Shown in pieces: positions 1 to 5,744 of a DNA stretch of 6,170 nucleotides. The notes below the pieces were generated by a model. The model was not told the origin of the DNA. It saw only the letters and a list, made by a program, of their open reading frames with translations, and made no database searches. The stretch is taken from positions 1 to 6,170 of IMG/VR virus record IMGVR_UViG_3300029130_000109. One strand, given 5' to 3'. The translations under genes and the position numbers were made by a program. This stretch comes from a virus. The stretch's first letter is position 1. Each line of letters opens with the position of its first letter.

Positions 1-77
1 ATGTCTTTTAATAAGGTTTCCTTTTTGAGGAGGAGCTCGCCCCAGCTCTGGCGCAGATTTTTGATTTTCCATTCTTT
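1..77. repeat. Left copy of the exact 77-nt terminal direct repeat (assembly overlap of a circular molecule)
   Basis: Read by eye, bases 1-77 (atgtcttttaataagg...ttttccattcttt) are identical to 6094-6170. The right copy is cut off by the end of the window. Confidence 0.97.
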
Positions 78-86
78 GTTTGTCAT
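1..86 (-). CDS. N-terminal segment of the junction-spanning hypothetical ORF (continues at 6093 after circularisation)
   Basis: An ATG lies at 86-84 on the minus strand, 38 nt after the VP4 stop. Hand translation gives MTNKEWKIKNLRQSWGELLLKKETLLKD, then the codon AT|C is completed by base 6093. An alternative in-frame ATG at 173 would give 112 aa and overlap the VP4 3' end. The nearest upstream in-frame stop is at 231-233. Confidence 0.5.
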   Translation of the reverse strand, partial: MTNKEWKIKNLRQSWGELLLKKETLLKD

Positions 87-124
87 AGTGGTGTTGTTTT
101 CTGCAAATGTATAGAATATTTTCC

Positions 125-1063
125 TTACAATCCAAATTTTTTGCGGTTCTTTTTGTATTTTTTCAAATTCCATGGTTCCGCCGGATAGCCGAGAGCCACG
201 TTTTCGTCTTGTCTGTATTTTAGTGCTTGGTCATACTCTCGTTCGCCCTCCATTGTTGATATATCGATTTTTTCACCTCTGACGTATCGTGTTTGTTTGT
301 TGAGTTTTTGTAGCCATAGTTGTTCGCGTTCCTCGTCTGTCCATAGTTTATTTCGAAAGTATGTTGGCATGGCCAGCTTTTGCCCCGACGACGCTTTGTA
401 ATACTCCCTTGTGTCCTCTCCTTGAAATTTGTTGAGTCTTGCGTCGTATCTGTTTAGCCAACCTTTGCCTAATCCTTTTGATGCGAAGACCTTGCTTGTA
501 AACCCTGGGTGCGCCGCGTCTACCTTGCTTACGTATTTCACGCAGTAACCCACTGACTTGTCGTTTGCGTACTCACCAGTGTCCACCCATCCGTATCCCC
601 ATGTTTCTTCGATTTCTCCAGCACTTTTTTTTGTCCATAGAAAGCCGTGTAGATGTAGCCTTTCTGTGCTTTTGTGAAACTCTGCTCTTTTCCCGTGGCC
701 CAATTCCGTGACGAGCCAATGTTTTATAGATTCGTTGTACTTTTTAATCCAGCGTTTTCCGAATAACTTGACAGCTCGAGCTGCTATTTCGTTCGAGTCT
801 TCGGTTTTGCATTCTTTTTCCAGTTTATCGAGTGCTTCGTCGCTAAAGGTCATTGTCATGAAGAGTGCCCGCGCGTCGTCTTTCAGTTCTTCGTGTAGTC
901 GCACTTGCCACTCGCGCGCCTTTTTTTGGCGACATTCTATGCATTTGCCGCATCCAAATGGCACGGCTTTTACGCGTGCGTCCGGCGCCTCCGGTACAAA
1001 CCCGCCGTTCTTTTTATTCGGCAGGTATTTTGCATTCATTCCAATTCTGCTATACAGACACAT
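125..1063 (-). CDS. VP4: Replication initiation protein VP4 (HUH rolling-circle endonuclease, phiX174 gpA-like)
   Basis: Three rolling-circle replication motifs are present. Motif 1 is FMTMTF. Motif 2 (HUH) is RLHLHGFLW, with codons at about 644-661. Motif 3 is YCVKYVSK, with two Tyr spaced as in phiX174 gpA YVAKY, at about 524-547. A Cys cluster CGKCIECR sits near the N-terminus. The listed start at 1105 is GTG. The first ATG at 1063 gives an N-terminus MCLYS..., which I consider more typical, for 312 aa. Confidence 0.9.
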   Translation of the reverse strand: MCLYSRIGMNAKYLPNKKNGGFVPEAPDARVKAVPFGCGKCIECRQKKAREWQVRLHEELKDDARALFMTMTFSDEALDKLEKECKTEDSNEIAARAVKLFGKRWIKKYNESIKHWLVTELGHGKRAEFHKSTERLHLHGFLWTKKSAGEIEETWGYGWVDTGEYANDKSVGYCVKYVSKVDAAHPGFTSKVFASKGLGKGWLNRYDARLNKFQGEDTREYYKASSGQKLAMPTYFRNKLWTDEEREQLWLQKLNKQTRYVRGEKIDISTMEGEREYDQALKYRQDENVALGYPAEPWNLKKYKKNRKKFGL

Positions 1064-1159
1064 GGCTGATGACTTTAATGTAATTTTTACTTTCGAACCC
1101 GGCACCGCAGGTAGCGTTTAGCACCATGATACATTCGAGAGCGAAGCGTTAGAAGGAAA

Positions 1160-1180
1160 GGAGCGGGTCTCCCCCGCTCC
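1160..1180 (-). promoter_or_regulatory. GC-rich stem-loop in the VP2-VP4 intergenic region (possible attenuator/terminator or ssDNA origin structure)
   Basis: ggagcggg (1160-1167) pairs perfectly with cccgctcc (1173-1180) around a 5-nt loop. In coding sense the hairpin is followed by TTTCCTTCT. Confidence 0.45.
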
Positions 1181-1215
1181 GCCCTTATATACCTTTTTTT
1201 GCGTATTGTCTTGTT

Positions 1216-1250
1216 GCGTGTGTGCGCGTGTCTGACACGTGCGCGCGCGC
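1216..1250. repeat. Imperfect inverted repeat built from two alternating purine-pyrimidine (GC/GT) tracts, abutting the VP2 stop codon
   Basis: It is centred on t1233. There are 17 pairings from 1216/1250 inward, of which 13 are Watson-Crick and 4 are G-T wobbles on the plus strand (A-C mismatches on the minus strand). The alternating tracts are 1216-1231 and 1235-1250. Confidence 0.5.
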
Positions 1251-2405
1251 TTACCAGATCATCCGCGCCACAGGTTTTCCGTCGGCGCCGTACACCGTAG
1301 GCACATCCACCTTTGTCGTAGCGTTTTGCGGACCTCGTAGTGCTTTTGCGCCAGCCTTGAATACAATGATTCGCCCGGCGATGTCCGTGAGCATTTGAGC
1401 GCCTTGTGCAGCATAATCTGCCCACGTTTTCCAGTTTGTGTATTCGCCTGTATCGAAGAGTGTCGCCAGCTCTTTAGCTTTCGCTTCCAACATGTGCGCG
1501 TCTGCGTTTTTTGCTGCCGCTAATGCTTCCATGTACACGTATTTCTTTTTCTCCGTGTTCAGTGCGGCGAGTGCTTTTGCTGCTTCTGCGTTTTGCTGTC
1601 GTTCGTAGATTTGCGCCTGTGTGTTTAGCACGTCTTGCGTTCCCTGTCGTGATTTCAAGCGTCGTCCGATAATCGAGTGTTCTCCGAACATGTCGTCGTA
1701 TGCGTCGAGTCTGTCGTTTTCGTTTCCCTCCATAGCGTCCTCGAAGTATCTTTCCAGATTTTGAATATACTGGCTCTTTCCTTTCTCGAAGAGTTCCCGA
1801 TATTTGACCGGCCGCATCTGCATTTCCGTGATTTTCTGTTCGGTGATGTTTTCCGCTTCTGCTCGCTGTTTTGCCGCCGCTGCGTTGATTTCGTCAATCT
1901 GTGCGTCTTTCATTGCGAGATCTTTTTTCATCGACACAAGTCCTAGCCCCATCTGCGCCTGCTGTATCGCTGCTGCCTGTTGTGCTGCTGCACCGTCAGC
2001 CCGTCCAGCCTCTGCTCCTCCTGTTTCGCCTTGTGGTGCGCCCGTTGTGGCACCTCCGGCACCTCCGGCGCCTCCGCCGCCGTACATGAGACCAACTGAT
2101 AGACCCGCGTCCTCCATTTGTCCGCGCATTGCCGCGTAGCTTTGATCTTGATACGATCTTTCGTACATTTCCATTTGCCGCTTGTACGCGTTCTCTGCGG
2201 CCTTCTCTCCGTATTCGTAGTTGAGTTTTGCTGCTTGTTCATTCAGCTGCTTTTGTGCGTCCACTTGGCGTTGCATGCGCTTTTTTGCGCCGATTCCGCC
2301 GAATAGGCCGCCAACTACCCCGGATAAACCCGAAGTTAGTCCACCCGTTAATCCGTCTGCTGCTGCGCTTCCTGCGACTTTGAGCGCGTCTCCAAACCAT
2401 CCCAT
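1251..2405 (-). CDS. VP2: Minor capsid / DNA pilot protein VP2
   Basis: This is a 384-aa ORF with an ATG start, located between VP1 and VP4. It has a Gly-rich hydrophobic N-terminus (GLTGGLTSGLSGVVGGLFGGIG). It also has a central AGLSVGLMYGGGGAGGAGG tract and long A/Q/E/K-rich helical segments, as in gokushovirus and alpavirus VP2. The call rests on composition and position, not on an alignment. Confidence 0.8.
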   Translation of the reverse strand: MGWFGDALKVAGSAAADGLTGGLTSGLSGVVGGLFGGIGAKKRMQRQVDAQKQLNEQAAKLNYEYGEKAAENAYKRQMEMYERSYQDQSYAAMRGQMEDAGLSVGLMYGGGGAGGAGGATTGAPQGETGGAEAGRADGAAAQQAAAIQQAQMGLGLVSMKKDLAMKDAQIDEINAAAAKQRAEAENITEQKITEMQMRPVKYRELFEKGKSQYIQNLERYFEDAMEGNENDRLDAYDDMFGEHSIIGRRLKSRQGTQDVLNTQAQIYERQQNAEAAKALAALNTEKKKYVYMEALAAAKNADAHMLEAKAKELATLFDTGEYTNWKTWADYAAQGAQMLTDIAGRIIVFKAGAKALRGPQNATTKVDVPTVYGADGKPVARMIW

Positions 2406-2503
2406 TGTTCAATTCGTTTAATTTTTTCGTGATTTTTTGTAAAAAAATCTAAAATATACCTTCTTGTTATATAAGTATAATCGTTCACCAAAAACGATTT
2501 TGT

Positions 2504-2530
2504 TAAAAAGGTCGGATTTTAACCCGACCT
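2504..2530 (-). terminator. Intrinsic-terminator-like hairpin plus T-run downstream of the 111-aa ORF and upstream of VP2
   Basis: In coding sense the sequence reads AGGTCGG-GTTAAAAT-CCGACCT followed by TTTTTAAC. The 7-bp stem is 2509-2515 / 2524-2530 and the T5 run is the complement of 2504-2508. It lies 42 nt after the stop at 2572. Confidence 0.55.
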
Positions 2531-2571
2531 ATCAAAAGTTCGTCATGGGTGCGATTATTACGACTGCTCCG

Positions 2572-2907
2572 TCAAGAGGGGTCCCCGCTGGGGATTTCTC
2601 CTGCTTCTCGTCCGTTTTGCTCCGGAACATTTTCCGCCCCCGGTATTGCTTCGTTCTTGGCTACGTCTGAGAATTTCACGCTGTTGAGTTTCTCCATGGC
2701 TGCCTGTGCGATTTCGAATCTGTCTGTTCGGATGTCGTATTCGGGAATTACCCCCTTGCTTTTCTCCGTGTAGATCATCGGCGCAACCGCTTCGATCGGT
2801 TTTTTCTCTTCCGTTGCCTTCCGCAGTTTTACTTCCAGCGGTTCCGCTTCGTAGCTGTCATTTTTGACAATGCCGTGTGTTTGACGGCTAATCCATTCTT
2901 TGTACAT
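2572..2907 (-). CDS. Hypothetical acidic 111-aa protein (possible internal scaffolding-type protein, unverified)
   Basis: It has an ATG start at 2907 and a TGA stop at 2572, on the same strand as the hallmark genes and with no competing ORF. The composition is protein-like (IYTEKSKGVIPEYDIRTDRFEIAQAAMEKL). It does not obviously match the gokushovirus VP3 pattern that I can recall, so the function is left open. Confidence 0.6.
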   Translation of the reverse strand: MYKEWISRQTHGIVKNDSYEAEPLEVKLRKATEEKKPIEAVAPMIYTEKSKGVIPEYDIRTDRFEIAQAAMEKLNSVKFSDVAKNEAIPGAENVPEQNGREAGEIPSGDPS

Positions 2908-2936
2908 TTTTAGGCGTTTTAAAGCGTTTTTGAATT

Positions 2937-2960
2937 AAGGTGAGGGTTGCCCCCCACCTT
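2937..2960 (-). terminator. Strong GC-rich hairpin with a GNRA-type (GCAA) tetraloop immediately after the 64-aa ORF stop
   Basis: In coding sense the sequence reads AAGGTGGGGG-GCAA-CCCTCACCTT. That is 10 bp including one G-U/G-T wobble, which is an A-C mismatch on the plus strand. It begins 2 nt after the TAA at 2963-2965. No U-run follows, so it may be a leaky terminator or an mRNA/ssDNA structural element. Confidence 0.5.
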
Positions 2961-2962
2961 GG

Positions 2963-3157
2963 TTATTTGAGTTGATTTGCGAGGACCTGAATGTGTTCTA
3001 CGACTTTTCTACGAATTATTTCCTCGTCGATTGCCCTTTTAAGGTCGCGTAGTTCCGCGTCGGACATCTGTTTTGTCGTGTCTCGATTTTCTATCCTCTG
3101 CATTAGCTCTTTGAATTTTTCCGAGAAGGCTGGCCCTCCTGCTATTTCGTTTTTCAT
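2963..3157 (-). CDS. Hypothetical 64-aa charged helical protein, translationally coupled to VP1
   Basis: The ATG at 3157 lies 4 nt after the VP1 TAA (TAA-AACT-ATG). The sequence is MKNEIAGGPAFSEKFKELMQRIENRDTTKQMSDAELRDLKRAIDEEIIRRKVVEHIQVLANQLK. The 85-aa version in the ORF track starts at a GTG inside VP1, which seems less likely. Confidence 0.6.
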   Translation of the reverse strand: MKNEIAGGPAFSEKFKELMQRIENRDTTKQMSDAELRDLKRAIDEEIIRRKVVEHIQVLANQLK

Positions 3158-3161
3158 AGTT

Positions 3162-5153
3162 TTACAGATTAGGGATTTGTTTAGCCGACATTTTCCGTCG
3201 TACGATACAGTCGATTGCACACTGTACCCAGATGTTTTTTGCTGACAGTTTTGCGTCCGCGAATGCTACGTTGTACTTCGTCGGGTCAATATACGTTGTT
3301 AGATCGCTGATTGCCCCTGTGCTGTCGTGTTCGTAACTTCGATTCATCGCCATGTGTGCCAGTTCTCTGAATGCAGAGAATGATCCGAATGACTCGTCTA
3401 TGTTAGTCATGTACTCTTGCCATGCCACTTGCTTTCCGGCTGACTTCCATACTACCGTTCCGTCGGCGTTCACCTCCGTGTCGAATGCAGCCATTTCGTC
3501 CGTGATCAGCTCTTGAAATGCGATTCCGTCGAGGTTAGGCTTGTGGAAATCGTTCATCGTCTGGAGTCTTGTCCACCACTTGTTGCCTTGTGAGTAGTCT
3601 ACCCGCGGCGTAAAGCTTCCGATAATCATGATCATCGACGGTTCTCGAATTTTGATCTTGATGCTGTTACCTCCTCGTGCTTTGCGCTCAGCTCCTCGGC
3701 CGGCCAGTGTTCCCAGCGGCTGATCTTCTGTTGCGCTGTTGCTTACTACTTCGTCGAATACCACTTCTGATGACATTCCGCCGACATACATAGGCGATTC
3801 TGCGATTCGCAGCGCCTTCTCGTCGTATACTACTTCCTGCCACGATTGGTAGCTTCCGTCGCTTACGGCGATTCTGTTCATCATGTCGTAGATTTTCTTT
3901 GCCAGGATCAGCGCGTCCATTTTCAGCATGCCATCGCTGACATCTACGCTTGTGATATCTGCGATTCCGCCCTCGCCGTCTATCCATTCAGTAGATAGCC
4001 AGTTATTGAATCGGTCGGACAGATACGTTTTGATACCCAGTCCTGCTTGATTGAACCACGACGCGTTGCCGTTTCCGTTCGTTTCGTTTACTGTTGCGTT
4101 TGCAAGACTTGCCGTATACGGTAGGCTGTTGAGGCTTCCGATGTCAAATGGCGCTGTTTTTGGCGCCCCGAGAATTGCTTCTCGCATTTCGTCGATGTTT
4201 GACAACTCGAATTTCGACAAGCCGATAGTTTCGTTATCTGCTTCGTACGCGCTTTCTCCCGGTTGAAAGTCTGTTGGGTTTGAGCTCGATTTTGATGTAA
4301 ATATCCAGCTGGTCGAATTTTTCCCTACCCAGCCTGCCGGTCGTGCATCCCACAGTGCTTTGTTTTCCAAGTCGAACGTTGTAACGCTTTCTGGCGTTAT
4401 TTTTACGCTTCGTGCTGTGCTTTCGTTTACTTCGCCGTTGAATATCACGTTGATAAACCATTCGCCGGCTAATGTCGTTGAACCTACTTCTTGCCACTTC
4501 TTTTCGCTGTTTGTTTGATACTCAGGCGCTCCGTTTGCATTATATATGGTTATTTTTTTGATTAATCCCTGCCCTTGGGTGATCACGTATCCGATTTCCT
4601 CCTGCTTGTTTGCGTAGTAGTTTTTGTAGATGTCCCAGTACATGAGCAGGAATATCGCCGGAAACGTCCTTACGAATGCCGTTCCCCCCGTTTTGCTTCT
4701 TCCCAGGCCGCGAATTCCCGTGTATGCTATTAGGCTGTCTTGGCTGATCTGCTGGCTGTTTAGATCGTCTTTTGTCATGTCCGCTTGATTAGCCCGTAGC
4801 TTCATTACCGGCAGTTTGACGTTTTGCATTTTCATGCCGATTCCCAGTGCGTTGTTATGTAACACCCTGATATAAAGCCGTATGGGTGCATGGAAAACGT
4901 CGATTTGATGTTTCAGTCGTCCGAATATTGGCCCGTTCGTTGGAAGCGTTCGAATTTTCGTTGTCAGGTCGATGTTGTACGTTGTTCCGTTTAGTCCGAT
5001 GTCGCAGAAGTACGGCACGAGAGTTCCGATTGCTTGATCTGTTTTGAATAACTGTCCGATGTTGTGACTGCTTCGTTTGAATCCGTGCAGAGTCACGTTC
5101 ATTTTGTTGCCGGAGCCGAGTCTTTCGCCTCCGAGTGCTTTTGTGATTGCCAT
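3162..5153 (-). CDS. VP1: Major capsid protein VP1 (phiX174 F-like jelly-roll capsid protein)
   Basis: This is the largest ORF at 663 aa, with an ATG start. The N-terminal region GTLVPYFCDIGLNGTTY...TLPTNGPIFGRLKHQIDVFHAPIRLY and the C-terminal IWVQCAIDCIVRRKMSAKQIPNL follow the conserved Microviridae VP1 pattern. The length exceeds the typical gokushovirus size of about 530-565 aa and fits Alpavirinae-like VP1. Confidence 0.93.
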   Translation of the reverse strand: MAITKALGGERLGSGNKMNVTLHGFKRSSHNIGQLFKTDQAIGTLVPYFCDIGLNGTTYNIDLTTKIRTLPTNGPIFGRLKHQIDVFHAPIRLYIRVLHNNALGIGMKMQNVKLPVMKLRANQADMTKDDLNSQQISQDSLIAYTGIRGLGRSKTGGTAFVRTFPAIFLLMYWDIYKNYYANKQEEIGYVITQGQGLIKKITIYNANGAPEYQTNSEKKWQEVGSTTLAGEWFINVIFNGEVNESTARSVKITPESVTTFDLENKALWDARPAGWVGKNSTSWIFTSKSSSNPTDFQPGESAYEADNETIGLSKFELSNIDEMREAILGAPKTAPFDIGSLNSLPYTASLANATVNETNGNGNASWFNQAGLGIKTYLSDRFNNWLSTEWIDGEGGIADITSVDVSDGMLKMDALILAKKIYDMMNRIAVSDGSYQSWQEVVYDEKALRIAESPMYVGGMSSEVVFDEVVSNSATEDQPLGTLAGRGAERKARGGNSIKIKIREPSMIMIIGSFTPRVDYSQGNKWWTRLQTMNDFHKPNLDGIAFQELITDEMAAFDTEVNADGTVVWKSAGKQVAWQEYMTNIDESFGSFSAFRELAHMAMNRSYEHDSTGAISDLTTYIDPTKYNVAFADAKLSAKNIWVQCAIDCIVRRKMSAKQIPNL

Positions 5154-5160
5154 GTTTTTT

Positions 5161-5391
5161 TTAGTTTAAAAGTGGAATTCCATATTTTTCGAATAGCTTG
5201 TTGTATTTTTCGGGTATTTTTTTTGCCGGCAATATCCACGCGTAGAGAGGAATCGTTTTGAGTTCTTCTGCCAGTTCGGCGATCTCTGCGTATGGCCCAT
5301 CTGCAATTAGTTTAACTTTTGAACTTTTTGTAGATGGGTCGCTCGGCCTGAGCTTTGCCCACACTTCCGGATGTTCGTCTAGCCATTTCAT
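5161..5391 (-). CDS. Hypothetical 76-aa protein directly upstream of VP1
   Basis: The ATG at 5391-5389 overlaps the TGA of the upstream ORF (5390-5388), forming an ATGA coupling junction. The stop TAA at 5161 is separated from the VP1 ATG by the 7 nt AAAAAAC. The 99-aa version starting at 5460 would overlap the upstream ORF by 73 nt. Confidence 0.6.
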   Translation of the reverse strand: MKWLDEHPEVWAKLRPSDPSTKSSKVKLIADGPYAEIAELAEELKTIPLYAWILPAKKIPEKYNKLFEKYGIPLLN

Positions 5392-5744
5392 TTTTTCGTT
5401 CGATTTTGTGTTTCCCATGCGTCGCGGTACACTGACGTTGCGATAAAGATGAGATCCCATCCCTTTTCGTCTACTGCTTTCTGTGCTGCTTCGATGGTTT
5501 TGTATTTTTCCGGGCTTACCGCTTGACCAGCCAGCACAAGCGTGTACCCTTCTTTTCGTTTTCCAACTGCATAGAAAGGCCCGCGTTTCAGTCGTACCCA
5601 GTCGAAATTTTCGACTTTTTCCGTTGTTTCTTTCACTTCAGAAGAGGTTGAGCTGTTGAGGAGCTTCCTGAACTTCCCCGATTCTTCTGATTGTGTGCAC
5701 GTAGGTGTTGAAGAATTCTTTTTGTTCGATGATTTCTGTGCCAT
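5388..5744 (-). CDS. Hypothetical protein, 118 aa from ATG 5744 or 82 aa from GTG 5636
   Basis: The C-terminal 80 aa look globular (ENFDWVRLKRGPFYAVGKRKEGYTLVLAGQAVSPEKYKTIEAAQKAVDEKGWDLIFIATSVY). The first 36 aa are low-complexity S/T/K/N and overlap ORF 5638-5838. An in-frame GTG at 5636 lies 1 nt after that ORF's stop. Confidence 0.55.
   Translation of the reverse strand: MAQKSSNKKNSSTPTCTQSEESGKFRKLLNSSTSSEVKETTEKVENFDWVRLKRGPFYAVGKRKEGYTLVLAGQAVSPEKYKTIEAAQKAVDEKGWDLIFIATSVYRDAWETQNRTKK

Noticed and set aside
28-37. GAGGAGGAG motif on the plus strand, which resembles a strong ribosome-binding site
   Set aside because: It is on the non-coding strand, has no downstream plus-strand ORF, and lies inside the junction-spanning ORF, where it simply encodes LLL in antisense.
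1073-1100. Possible Xer/dif-like site for Alpavirinae-type integration (TTACATTAAAG on the coding strand)
   Set aside because: The putative XerD arm matches E. coli dif at only 8 of 11 positions, and the putative XerC arm at about 4 of 11. I do not have a reliable Bacteroidota dif consensus to compare against, so the similarity is at chance level.
1187-1195. A 9-mer, atatacctt (AAGGTATAT in coding sense), shared by both large intergenic regions (1187-1195 and 2454-2462), considered as a possible promoter core
   Set aside because: The expected number of shared 9-mers between two ~170-nt regions is already about 0.1 under uniform composition, and higher in AT-rich DNA. The nearby TAnnTTTT and TTTG elements upstream of VP2 are about 30 nt apart, which does not fit my recollection of the Bacteroides -33/-7 spacing.
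1655-2242. Same-strand alternate-frame ORFs inside VP2 (1655-1897, 80 aa; 1943-2242, 99 aa)
   Set aside because: They are highly basic, low-complexity products of reading the repetitive A/Q/E/K-rich VP2 region out of frame. I consider them frame artefacts.
708-2421. Plus-strand ORFs of 62-137 aa (708-1121, 865-1083, 1677-1946, 1804-2139, 1901-2089, 2118-2306, 2221-2421)
   Set aside because: All lie antisense to the well-supported VP4 and VP2 genes. Their composition is odd (Cys/Phe/Ser/Arg/Pro-rich) and typical of shadow frames. No Microviridae are known to encode genes on the complementary strand.
3158-3220. Extended 85-aa version of the post-VP1 ORF, starting at 3220
   Set aside because: Position 3220 is a GTG inside the VP1 3' end. 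The internal ATG at 3157 sits 4 nt after the VP1 stop, which gives a clean coupled junction, so I preferred the shorter model.
3688-4497. Same-strand alternate-frame ORFs inside VP1 (3688-3987, 99 aa; 4234-4497, 87 aa)
   Set aside because: Their Arg/Lys/Asn-rich low-complexity translations are typical of out-of-frame reading. Overprinting is possible in this family, but nothing in the sequence supports it here (no coupled start, no structured product). Only comparative data could revive this idea.
2464-5446. Other plus-strand ORFs (2464-2670, 2549-2773, 2991-3245, 4051-4266, 5064-5261, 5258-5446)
   Set aside because: They are antisense shadows of the minus-strand genes or of the AT-rich spacer. 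They have low-complexity hydrophobic or Ser-rich translations and no coupling to neighbouring genes.
5392-5460. Extended 99-aa version of the pre-VP1 ORF, starting at ATG 5460
   Set aside because: It would overlap the upstream ORF by 73 nt. The in-frame ATG at 5391 forms a classic ATGA stop/start overlap with that ORF, which is a more parsimonious arrangement.
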